Part shown: piece by piece, positions 13,466 to 28,693 of the stretch
Layout of the letters: each line of letters begins with the position of its first letter
How positions within the stretch are numbered: the first letter of the stretch is position 1
From: Gekko japonicus
Taxonomy: Eukaryota
Direction: 5' to 3'
NCBI RefSeq assembly: GCF_001447785.1
Contig: NW_015169781.1
Span: 261,216 to 325,215 of the forward strand
DNA length: 64,000 nt
Notes under the pieces: model-generated
The model's database searches: none
What the model was told of the DNA's origin: nothing
Seen by the model: only the letters and a program-made list of their open reading frames with translations
Translations under genes and position numbers: made by a program

Positions 13466-14061
13466 CTAAAGAAAGCAATTGGGGGAGGGGGGATGACACA
13501 CAGCAGATGAGGAAAACCCTTCACCTCTGCTGGTATTTTATTAAAAGCCAAATATTTCCCCAATTTTTAAAGAGGATGGGGGAGTTCATAGGTATCGATT
13601 GCAAATGAAGGAAAATAGAATGTAAACCAGCTGCACCTAGAATATAACTTGCTGCAAAACAGGATCCCTTGGCTTTGAATTCTACACCCCACAGAGGCCA
13701 GGATCAGAGGCTGTGAGCACAGCCACTTGCTCGCAGGAAAGCAACAAGGAAGGTGCCAGCTGCTCCCAAGCAGAGCCTGCCTTCCTTGTAGCGATAATAG
13801 CAGAGAGAGATTTTGGGAGCGCAAACATTCCCATTTGCAGCTTTCAAGTGGCTTCTCTTTCTGATCTGCGCAGATTGGGCCATGCCTTCTGGGAGAGTTT
13901 AGACTCGTTGTACTGCTTTGGTACAGCACCTTTTTAAAAACAAACCGCAGAGCTGGCAATGCAGGTCTTTGTTTCTTACAGAACTGTAATTTAGCAGGAA
14001 TTGGCAACCTCTGGTCCCAAATGGAGTACCACAAGGCCTGCCCCATAAGATCAGACCACAC

Positions 14062-14253
14062 CAATGCTCCCTCTAAGCTGTGGAGTCTTATGAGCAAAAA
14101 TTCTACTGGCATTAAAGTTGTGAATGAGTGATTTGGCTACTGCATACATTAGCTTGCTCTGGAGCCATCCGTCCTGAGCTAAGGCAAAAATGTGTGAGCT
14201 GGAGGCTAAAAAACAGAGCTAGCTCACACTAACTCAGCTTAGAGGGAACACTG
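14062..14253. mobile_element. hAT MITE, same family as 31151-31751
   Basis: caatgctccctctaagctg...cagcttagagggaacactg; TSD gaccacac/gaccacag. Confidence 0.85.
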
Positions 14254-16959
14254 GACCACAGGCTTATCTAGTCTGGCATTCTGTTTCTGAAAGAAATGCT
14301 TCTAAGAAACCCACAAGCAAAAAAGAACGAGGCAACAGCCCTCTGCTGCGACTTCTCTCCTGTGACATACTACCTCTGCACATGGAGGCTCTGTTCTGCT
14401 ATCATGACAGAAGTTGACAGATCTGTCCTTCATAAAGTTGTTCAATCACTTGGTTAAACACATCTAAACTACTATAGCAGCCTTCAGAAGCAGTGTTCAA
14501 ACAGATCACTTGATGCAAACAGGATTTGAGAAAAATTCTAGGCATCTAAACAATGAATATTGCACCCAAAAACCTTGGCATCTTCCCTCCATCTCTCCTG
14601 AAGACTTGCACCTACAGATCTAAGACTGGCTCCTAAGAAGGAAAATGATCCTGTCATCTATAGAATATAAAATATTTTTGCAAGTCTTCAGTGTGAACAT
14701 ATGTTCCCATATGAAGATACCTTATGCCACTGGCATAAGCTGAGTATCGTCACTCTGACTGGCAGTGAATTTTCAGGGTCCCAGACAGAGAGGAGAAGCC
14801 AGAGTAGCACAGTGGATGGAGTGCCTGGGACACCCAGGTTCAAATCTCCAATGTGCCATGGAAGCTCACTGGGTGACCTTGGGCCAGACACTGTGTCTCT
14901 CAGACTAATCTACCTCACAGGGTTACAGTCCCAATAAAATGGAGGAGGGCAGAATGTTGTGAGCCCCTTGGGATCCTCCCATGTGGCGGAAACAAGGGCA
15001 TGAATGAAGTAAAAAAACATAAATGTCTTCCCCAACACCTGCTACTTGAGATACATCCACTGGAGATTCCAAGGATTGAATTTAGGACAGGTGCTCTGCC
15101 ACTGAGTTATTGCTCTTTCCCCTTCCTTCTAGAAGCATTGTCAAAAACAGCCCCATCAGTCAACTTTCCTTGGAGGGAGAAGTCATTATTCTTTATTGCC
15201 TAGCACAAATCCAGATATGCAGGTTCTTCAACTGGAACATCCTAGACATAACCACTTAGTTGCTGTTTATGGCCTCTCTGCTACAGAATCTGCCCTTCTC
15301 CCTTGGAATGTGCTGACTTTCAAGATCTCGAAAGAAGGGCACTGAGGAGGCTGCATTCTTTTCCATCTTGCACAACTATCTGAGGTAATAAGTAACAGAC
15401 ATTCTGTTTACACCAAAGCCACTAGCCAGCACTTTTACCACGCTCTAAAAACTTAAACAAACCAAAACATACAATCAATTAGCACAGAGGAGGGAAGAAG
15501 CAAGCACACTGCTCTGCACTCTAGGAGGAAAAATTATAATAAGAGCATAGTTCAAGTATTCAAAGCACTTCACATACAGTATCCCAGTAACCCTTACAAC
15601 CATCCAACAAGGTAGGTATACTTCATGTTGCAGATGTGGGACCAAGACAGCAAGAGAGGCTTGCCATAGGCCACAGTGACTTCATGAATCGAGATGTCAA
15701 ACCAGGATATCCCAGCTCTTTGTCTTAACATATATTCTATACCTGTCTTCTTGTGTAGAAACACTATGCAACAAAGCAACTTCAAGCCAACTTTCCAAAT
15801 GCACACACACCACCACCTGGATAGCTCCATGTTTCACACATACATGAGGTAGAGAGTCACAGACTGACACTGACATTGAACAAATGCATAGAACTGGAAC
15901 ACTGCAAGAGACTTTGCAAAGTAAAAGACAATTCCCTTCTTTGCGAACATCTCAGGGTATTCTGGAACCAACACACAACACTCAAAATCTTGCCTTCTCC
16001 CACACAAATACTGGTCAAGTCTAATTATTTGGTCTCCCAACTAACCACTCCTGGTACAGTACTTTGAAAATGTAAACTGTGACAAAAGCTTCATGAGTTT
16101 GTCCTCAAAACAACATGAAAAAGATGCTGCAGTTCTCATTTTATAGATGTGGACCTGAGCTTTAAGGGGCAGTGACTTTTGCCAAGGAGTTAGGGCAGAC
16201 TTGGTCCAAAGTCTCCCAGACCTGGCTCTGTTTCTAGTAAATCACAGGAATCCTTTTTCTCTCCTATTAACACGATCATCCCTCCCTTTTTCTGAGCTCC
16301 TACACTGGCATGTTCTGAATCAGATTCAAGCATTTACCATTCAAGCTCTCCATCTCCCTGCCTCCAACAGTATACGTAACTCCTTCACCTCCCTTTTTTT
16401 GGTTAAGAGACTCTCCTACCTTCTTGCTTCCTTTCCCTCTTCCATTATGTTGCTTCCTCTGACTTGCATCATTCTCTCCTCATCTCAGCTTCTTAATCAA
16501 ACTGTTCCCTTCTCATTCCTGAATCTGCTCAGATTCACTGCAGGTGTCCCCCACCCATTATGATAACTATCAAACAAAGGCCTATGAGCCAGCCTTCAGC
16601 TGTGCAAACCGATAATTCATCCAAGCTTTCCTAGCAAAGGCCAGTAGGGGGGGAACTTCCTGAAGGTTCTCACTTTTACTTAAAAGCAAAAGTCCCAGAG
16701 GAAGGTTATAAATAAAAATAAAATAATAATAATAATCTGATTCTAGGAGGGCTGAAATCATTGACCATAATAGCGCAAATCTGCATACCTACTTGTTAAT
16801 AGCAGCAAGAAGATTACCATGAAAGTAGCAACTTTGCTCTCTAAAACATAACTTTAATGATCAGCACAGACTGGACTTTGCTTTTCCATGCTTTATGAAC
16901 TGCTTTTTGCTTATTAAGTCTTTAAAAAATTATTACCACATTTATTTACAGACTATATT

Positions 16960-17370
16960 CATAGAATCATAGTATCACAAAGTTGGAAGGGGCCATACAG
17001 GCTATCTAGTCCAACCCTCTGCTCAAAGCAGGATCAGCCTAGACTAGAGCATCCCTGACAAGTGTTTGTCCAGCCGCTGCGCCGCTGCTTAAAGACTGCC
17101 AGTGAGGGGGAGCTCACCACCTCTAGGCAGCTGATTCCACTGTTGCACAACTCTTACTGTAAAGACGTTTTTCCCTAATATCCAGCCAGTACCTTCCTGC
17201 CCTTAATTTAAACCCATTATTGTGAGTTCTATCTTCTGCTGCCAACAGGAAGAGCTCCCTGCCCTCCTCTAAGTGACAGCCCTTCAAATAGTTAAAGAGG
17301 GCAATAATGTCCCCCCTCAACCTCCTCTTCTCTAGTCCCTCAGCCTTTCCTCATAGGGCTTGGTCTCCAC
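16960..17370 (-). mobile_element. CR1 3' fragment
   Basis: ORF 17123-17320 ([15 protein letters not shown]...RTHNNGFKL); catagaatcatag tail. Confidence 0.85.
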
Positions 17371-17949
17371 AATCTTTATTATTATTATGAATTACCACAG
17401 TCTTTATTATCATTATGAATAATCACTGCATTTGCCTTATATACATTTCTGTTTTGCAAATATCAAAAGCTGTATTTTATTTCATGGCCTTTTGCGCTAT
17501 TTGCATTTTTTCTCTCTAACATACATCTGTCAACAAAGTGTAACACTGTAGACATTTGACAAAGTGACCTCTAGCTTGAAAAAGCTTCTACCACAATAAT
17601 GTAGTCTTTAAGGTACCACACGACTCTATGTTGCTTTGGCTGCAACTAACTAGCGCTGCACACGCCATGTAACCACCTATCACATTCTTACCCTGTCTTT
17701 CCTGCAAAGGAACTTGGGGCAACACCTTTTCCATTTTATCCTCACAAGTCACACTGAATGACTAGCAAGGTTACCCAGTGAGCTGCCTGGGAATCTAAAT
17801 CCAGGTCTCCCCTGTCCTTTGTATGTCACTCTGATACCCACCCCCAGACCAGAGCTACAAAGGTTACAGTTAAAGTCTGGAAAGGAGGCACCGTACTCTG
17901 CACATGATCAGAGGTACCTTTCTTCTTTACTGCAACCTTACTAAACCAC

Positions 17950-18512
17950 CAACGGGTCTGAGCTCGAATGGGTCGCCCAGTTCCCACCAGGTACCGGACG
18001 CACGGCTAACCCTCCCGGTTTTCCTAACTTGTTCGAGAAACCCCCACTCTCCCGGCACTTCACCTGAGTCAAACCCGGCATTGTTTCTCTTCCGCATACG
18101 TCATTAGACCACGCCGGAAGGCGAGACAAAAATGTCGGAAACGGAACTAGACTGCTGGCTGCGGCGAAAACAACCGGGGTTCCCTTTCTGGCTTCCCCCC
18201 CACCTTCGCCCCCGTCTTCCGTTAATCTGTGCGCGCTCCCGTCTCCCTGCCTTCCCGGGGCGCGCTCGTTTGATCTCACCATAAAGGGAGAAAAAAAAGA
18301 AGATCCGGGGCGCGCTCGTTTGATCTCACCATACCGGCTTGCGGCAGGAACCGTCGCCGGTTGCACACGCACAGCATCGTCTTGCCTCTGGACTCACACA
18401 GAGACGCAGCCTTCTCTTCGGCCAAGCTCGGTCTGGCCCAGCCGGGCCAAGCCTGCTCTTTGCAGGCAGTGGGGAGTTCCCTCCACCCACGCATTCCCCC
18501 TTGAGTGGCGCG
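17950..18512. promoter_or_regulatory. CpG-rich bidirectional promoter region NDOR1/TMEM203
   Basis: CpG-dense segment between divergent genes; ETS-like CCGGAAG (~18114) and CRE-like TACGTCA (~18097). Confidence 0.65.
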
Positions 18513-18923
18513 ATGCTCTTTTCTCTGCGGGAGCTGGTGCAGTGGCTGGGCTTTGCGCCCTTCGAGCTGCTCCTGCAGGCCCTGGCGCTGCTGGTGGCAT
18601 CGGTGCTGCTGGTGCTGAAGGTGGACGGGGTGGCGACGGGGCTTAGCTGGTGGGGAGTCTTTGCCCCTTTCTTTGCCGCCGATGGACTGAGCACCTATTT
18701 CACCACCATTGTCTCGGTGCGCCTCTTCCAGGATGGTGAGAAGCGCCTAGCTGTGCTGCGCCTTTTCTGGATTCTCACTTTGCTTAGCCTCAAGTTTGTC
18801 TTTGAGATGCTCCTCTGCCAGAAGCTGGGTGAGCAGAGCCACGAGTTGTGGTATGGACTTATCATGGCACCTGTCTTCATCCTCCTTCAGCTTCTCATGA
18901 TCCGGGCCTGCAGGGTCAACTAG
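18513..18923 (+). CDS. TMEM203: Transmembrane protein 203 (single coding exon, 136 aa)
   Basis: MLFSLRELVQWLGFAPFE...FQDGEKRLAVLRLFW...LLMIRACRVN*; syntenic, head-to-head with NDOR1. Confidence 0.97.
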   Translation: MLFSLRELVQWLGFAPFELLLQALALLVASVLLVLKVDGVATGLSWWGVFAPFFAADGLSTYFTTIVSVRLFQDGEKRLAVLRLFWILTLLSLKFVFEMLLCQKLGEQSHELWYGLIMAPVFILLQLLMIRACRVN

Positions 18924-19263
18924 ATGCTATCCTGCATCCTTCTGGTGCTGCAGGGACATCTAATTTCTCCAACACTTGCAAGAATAATATATCCCACCTG
19001 AAATGGCTGTACAAGGATGTTGTCCTGCCAATGATTAGCTGACTGCCAGCTTGCATACAAGATCAATCTGTGGTTTAGCTGGAGAGATACTTTTGCTCTT
19101 CTTTGCCGGCAACAGATTTAACTCTTTCATATGCGCTGTGTCAATATATCTTTCAGGGTTATTCTTTGTGGTTAACTGGCTGCCTCTCACTGGTGTTCCA
19201 GGATTAGGCATTTGCTGAAAAAGTCACCTGACTTTCTGTCTTGACATAGAAGAAAGAGGAACA

Positions 19264-19320
19264 ACTGACAAGACATTTTTGTACTGACAAGACATTTTTG
19301 TACTGACAAGACATTTTTGC
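19264..19320 (+). repeat. 19-bp tandem repeat x3 (actgacaagacatttttgt) in probable TMEM203 3' UTR
   Basis: Directly visible; the third copy differs only at its last base. Confidence 0.9.
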
Positions 19321-21719
19321 ACCCATGTCATGTATGGATTTGGGGTTCAGACCAAAAGCAGCTCATTACATAGTGTTGTTCTTGGATGTTTTACCTGTCT
19401 TCGATCTTTGTGTAATATCTTCAGAATTGAATAAGATCTGATTGCATTGGTTATTTCTGAATAATTATATAATGTACATTTTGGTGGTGCCTTTTTCTGT
19501 ATAAAAGCCTCTTCCTCAGATGTGTTTTAGCCATCTTAAAAGAACAGAAGGAGCTCAAAGGCTATGTTTCCAAGATTCCTGGAGCACAGGTTTTGTTTGT
19601 CTATAATGGCACTCAAAAAGATACATATGTTGTCCTTGTGACTGTGGGATGGCCCAAGTAATGCAGCCCCTTGGTGTTCTGACCAGGGGAGAAAATTTGA
19701 ATTGTTCAGGGGGATCGTGTGTTATAGATAATGTGGGTGCTTCTGGGAGTCCCCCATGCCTGACAACTCCAGTGTAGGATGCACCAGGAAATTTGTCTGA
19801 GATTTCTCTTGAGCCACTGTGATGGAGTGTTTAGAGTGTTGAGTTGGAACTAGGGAGACCTGAATTCAGATCTTCACCCTGTCATGAAGCTCATTTGGAG
19901 ACTGTGTCAATCAGCCTAACCTACCTCGCAAGGTAGTTGGGTGGATAAAATGGAGGAGGGGACACTAGGTATGTTACTTTGACTTCCTTAAAAGAAGGGA
20001 CAGATAAAAATCTAATATATAATTAAAGCGGAGACGACTGTTTTAGCACCACCTTATGAGTGGGTCTGCAATTGAGGAAATGTGGCCTTTTAGCTGCAGT
20101 GCTGGACTTACACTCTCATCTCTTGGAGCACAGTTTTCATTTGCCTGTGGGTAAAAACTGGAGGCACTCAAAAAGAGAAATGTTTTAGATAAATAAGTAA
20201 TAAATCTGCACCAGACATCCTTGCAACCATCTCCCAATTCTTTAAGTGGCACTTAATTTCAAGGAAACAGGCATAAGATTGGCAGCCCCTATTTTGATCC
20301 TTTCTCTCCTCCCACAGCCTTAAACTCAGTCGACAGCTTTGGACAAGTTATACTGTCTCAGCTTCAGTTCCCCATCTAGGAAATGAGAACATGAGAGACC
20401 TACTCATTTGTAAACTGTCTTGCGCAAATCACCTGCAATCCTAAGAATGCCTTCTGGACAGCAAGTGCCATTAAATAAACAGAAACTTACTTCCAAGGAG
20501 ACCTGCTTTGGATAGTTCCCTTTCGAGTGCTACATAATAAAGTGCATTAATTCTTGTAGGAGGCTTAGAGATAGAGCCCAATTGGGAGCTTTCATAACAT
20601 TTTTCAAATAGCAACAGTTCATGTGGTGGTGCTGTTGGCACCAAGGAATCTACCTAATCTGTAGTAAGTATAGAGTAGGCAGGCTGTGGTTATTCAGCTG
20701 GTGAGGGAAATACTTTCTGCACATATTGAACATATTTTTCTCTAGATTATTCTTGGCATTAGAGCATTGTTGGCATGGGGGGTAATGGAAATCCATATCT
20801 GAAGTCTGGGCTGGAAATTCTGGTAAACAGGAATGTGCTGAGAAAGGTTATTCCCTACAGTAAAAGTGTTACTAACAGCAGGAAGTTCTTGCAAGGAAAA
20901 AAACCCCCTTGAATAGCTTTATTTGTTTAGCTGTTTTAACATGTGGAGGATGGAGCAAAACTGCTTTTGTTTAAGCCTACGGGCTGGGCCTGGGAGTGGC
21001 TCTTTCAGTAAGATGTGGGTATATGAGAAAGTCCACAAAGATCAGCATTTACGTAACTTGGCAGGAAGCCGTATAGTATTTCTTTCTTTTGTTAACATGA
21101 CCAGGATCTGCCCTAGTTTTCAATGCTAGGGTGCAGCTAAGAGCATGTAAAAGTAAAAACAAAGACTATAGTATTTCTCAGTAGGTACAGAGTTTATTTA
21201 TTTTTATTTATATTTCAATTTCTATACCGCTCATGACCCCTAATGGGTCTCAGAGCGGTTTACAAGGAACTACATATTTTTTCTCTTTCCACTTGAGCTT
21301 TTTTCATTTACTTAGAGAGAGTGTTGGCTTCCTTCAGGTAAAGTATTTTAAGAATTAAGAATGTGTGTCCCATTGTAAAATTTTTACAGTGAAAATTTTC
21401 CTTGGCAAAATTCTGGTGCTTTTGGCTTTTCTACCCAATCTCTCCCCCAACAGTTGATCCCACGTTATTCAATTAAAATTAGCAGCAGTAAATTCAGCAT
21501 GGACAAAAGGAGATATTTCTTTATACTATGCAATTATGTAATTGATTCATAGAATTTGCTGGTGTAACTTACAGTAATGACCACTAGTATAGTTTTAAAA
21601 GAGGAGTGGATACATTCATGTAGGAGGATAGGTTTAATAATTTTAGTATGACAGTTGTATGGAGTGTTAGATTCACTGGTTTAGTAAACCAATAATCTCT
21701 ACCTTATTTAGCAGAGTGC

Positions 21720-25310
<3,591 letters not shown>

Positions 25311-25959
25311 ACCTTGTCAGGCAGTCCATGTCACTATTCGGTCTGATCTAGCATGGCTGGACATTCGGTCTGATCCAGCATGGCTGTTCTTATATTCTTA
25401 GTGATCACTGGTTATTAGCCATGATCGCTAAATGGAATGGAATAGAACCTTCAAGTACAGACAGCTTTGAGTACCAGCTACTGGAGATGGGCTTCCCCTT
25501 GGATTTCCCAGGGGCATCTAGAAACAGGAGAGATTTTTGGTTTAAGACAGCAGTGTTGTATTTATCTTATGTTTAGCTGTGACTTGACAGCACCAACTTA
25601 CAGTGACCCCCGTAGGGTTTTCAAGGCAAGAGATGTTCAGGGGGTGGTTTGCCATTGCTGCCTCTGCATCGCAACCCTGGACTTTCTTGGTGGTCTCCCA
25701 TCTTCCAGGCCAGGGCATATTATGTTTCTATGTAGCCAAATGCTCTTGTAATTTTCTAAAATGAGAAATGTGGGAGCTCAAGCCTTCCTGGAATTTTTCC
25801 TGTCTTTCCCCTACCCTAATTATTTGGCAGTATGTCTTGAGATGGGAAATGGCTCTCTGCAGATGCTCAGGGGCTGTCTTCTGATTGCTTCATGGTGTGG
25901 TAGGGCCAGTTTGCTGGCTAAAATGTGCGTGTGGGGGTGACTCCGTGTAATAGCTTGTA

Positions 25960-26782
25960 TTACGTCCAATCAAAATGACACAAATACTGTGAACGCACAA
26001 TGTGAGATAAGAAAGGCACTGCACACGGTCAGAGATACTCCTGACATATACGAACAAGCCACCAGGCTCAAAGTCAGCCCCAGCTGACTCCAGGACGCAA
26101 AGGTGTACGCGCCTCGCCCAATCAGCTCGCTCACAAGAACGGAACTAGTGACTTGAGCCGTTACATCGAAGTAAAGGAGGGGAGAAGGATGGTGTCCTAT
26201 CCAATGGAAGACAGCGTTAGAAACAACCTGAAGAAGTATCTGTCTTTAACCCTCTAGGCACCTGCCGTAACCTTAATCTCCTTTCCCCAAGTGGGGCGTC
26301 ACTCTTGCTGAATTCTTATCTGATTGCAAGATGAGAAGGCGAATACGGGGCGGACTCAGTTCCTCGACCAATCACTTTCACCGCCTACCTCTGCTTTACA
26401 AAGTTGAACGTCTTGCCCAATGGCTCACTTTCGAGCCTCACTCTTGTCCAACGGGAAGTATTTTCTAGCCAGGAAGGCGAGGCCATCAACCTGATACCCA
26501 ATAAACTGCGCTAAACATCCTTGTCCAATAGGTATCTCCCGAGGCACTCTCATGACCAATAGTCATCGCCCTCACCCCAAAAGTTTCGCCCTGTCAAATG
26601 TTAGCCAATCAGCTTCGCCGCCACCGGAGCCTACTTCTTCGCCTCTCGCCCAATCGCTGTCGTCTGCCCGCTGGGCGGCACCGCCGCTGCTTGCCGGTGT
26701 CCGAAGGCGAGAGGAGAGGCGGGTCAGAGCGGCGGCTCGGCGCCGACCAAGCTGGTGTCTGTGGGGGGCTTCTGCTGTCGCC
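25960..26782 (+). promoter_or_regulatory. TPRN promoter / CpG island with CCAAT array
   Basis: CCAAT at 25966, 26118, 26201, 26368, 26417, 26498, 26525, 26556, 26605 and 26650; GC box GGGGCGG at ~26347. Confidence 0.7.
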
Positions 26783-28693
26783 ATGAGTAGTCCTCCGGCC
26801 TCGGGAGCGGCGGCGGGGCTGCCTGCCTGGAAGCGAGCCATCCTGGAGCGCAAGCGGGCCAAACTGGCCGCCGGCGTCGAACCCCACCGAGGCTTGGAGG
26901 CGGATGCGAAGTCGGGGTCGGGGAAAGANNNNNNNNNNNNNNNNAGAGAGTGCGAGGCGGCGGCGGCGGCGAAGGAGCGGTTCGTGGTGGCCGAAAGCCT
27001 GGGCCCTCTGCGGGAGAACCCGTTCATGAGGCTGGAGGGCGAGCGGAGGCGGCGGCGCCGGCGGATTCTGCCCTCTCCACCCCGGCCTGCCTTATCGGCT
27101 TCCTCCACCTCCTCGGCAGCTGCCGCCTCTTCCTCCGAGCCTCCTGCCTTGGCGCAGCTGCTGGAGCTGTACAGTTCCGTCCCGGGCATCCGCACCATCC
27201 GCGCCGATAACATCCTCATCATCGAATCCCGGGAAGCGGCAGGGCTGGCCCAGAAGGAAGGAGACAGCACCGACTCCCCACCAGGCGGGCAGCCAGCTTC
27301 CTCAGCCTCCCCGTCGCCGCTCCCGAGCTCCCCTCGGGGCAGAGACCCCTTCCGGGATCTCCTCTCCCGCGGTGGGTCCGCTGCTGTCACCGAGATCCGG
27401 GCTGCTGAAGTCGTCATCTATGAGTCTGAGTCATCCTTGCCGTCTCGGTCACCCTTGCCTGGGAGTGGAGATGCCGAGCCTGAAACTGGCAGGGTCAGTC
27501 GGCTGCTGCAGAAATTTGACCGGTGGCCACGGGGCAATGTGGGACGAGGGAGGTGGAGGGCTGGCGAGGCCTCTCGGCTGCAGCCAGTGGTGCCAAACCC
27601 TTCCCAAGAAGGCACTCCTGCGCTGCTGTCTCTCACAGCTCCTCCTGGTTCTCCACGCGGCCAACCACCTGGAGGCTTCGTGCAGAAGACTGGCTCCAAT
27701 TCCTTCGTGGTGAACCCCCGTGGATGCTGCCCTGTATCTGCAAATTCCGTCCCTGCACTTAGTAACGGGCCTGTGGAGCCCGGAGTGGCTGCTGCACCAG
27801 TTCCACCTGGGGGCAGAAATCAACAGGTGGTAGCTGCACCCAAGCCAGTGCCATCGCCAAGCTCTGCTGCTGCCTTGCCGACTCCAGCCAACTCATGGAA
27901 GCCAAACCTTGAGGGGACCCCGGAGACCCCACAGCTACCAGCCCAGCAGTGTAGTGCCAGTTCGGATAGCAGTGCCACAGCCAACTCAGCCCAGCCTCCA
28001 CAGCTCCTTTGTTCTAATGGCTCCTTTGAGATCCGCCCGGCCCCCAGGCCAGACCTAGATGCCATCCCTGCTCATGATCTCCAAGCACAGGCCTTGGCCA
28101 GCCTGCGCCTCAACTCTCGAAACTCCTTTCTTTTTGTGCCCCGTCGGAAAGGAGAAGCCTCCGGACCATTGGAACCTACCGAAGTCCCCCCAACTTTGCC
28201 AGGAGGAGTACCGCCAGCTGCCCCAGAGAAGCGGGCTGAGACTTTGGTGCCTGTGACTTATATCGATGAGGACTTGGTTGAATTGGACACTGGTGACTTC
28301 CCCCCCTTGAAAGTCCTGAGTCCAAGGCTTGAGGGCTTTGATGTGCTTCAGGAAGGTGATTCCTCCATCGGGATGGAGGACTTGGCTGTGCCCATGTACA
28401 GGCCCCACCCTGCTGATTATGCCACCCTCTCTGAGAAAGGTAGTAACACCTTTACCATCGTGCCCAAAAGGAAACCTCCTAGTGCTGCACTGGAGACCTT
28501 CAGCAGAGCTCAGCTGCCGGAGGAGGAGGATGAAGAAGAAAGCCGAGCCAAAGCTAGGGGTGATGTGACCCACCAGGATTTGGGTCAGCTTCTCAAAAAA
28601 CGCTACCCCACTGTTAATGAGATTGAGGTCATAGGGGGTTACCTTTCCTTGGATAGATCCTGCATGAGCAAATCAGGCTCTCGAAGAAAAAAG
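26783..28693 (+). CDS. TPRN: Taperin exon 1 (contains a 15-nt N gap)
   Basis: gccATG start; PAWKRAILERKRAKLA, LLELYSSVPGIRTIRADNILIIE and KKRYPTVNEIEVIGGYLSLDRSCM are taperin/phostensin family blocks; gtaact donor. Confidence 0.92.

Noticed and set aside
18339-18512. 58-aa N-terminal extension of TMEM203
   Set aside because: Starts at a TTG in GC-rich promoter DNA; the conserved protein begins at MLFSLREL.
26552-26782. 77-aa N-terminal extension of taperin from an upstream in-frame ATG
   Set aside because: That ATG lies among the CCAAT boxes, probably upstream of the TSS. Family similarity begins only after the gccATG at 26783.
26929-26943. Frame disruption in TPRN
   Set aside because: This is a 15-nt assembly gap; conserved blocks on both sides are in the same frame.
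26572-28573. Long antisense ORFs opposite TPRN exon 1
   Set aside because: Expected shadow ORFs of GC-rich coding sequence, with no recognisable domain.
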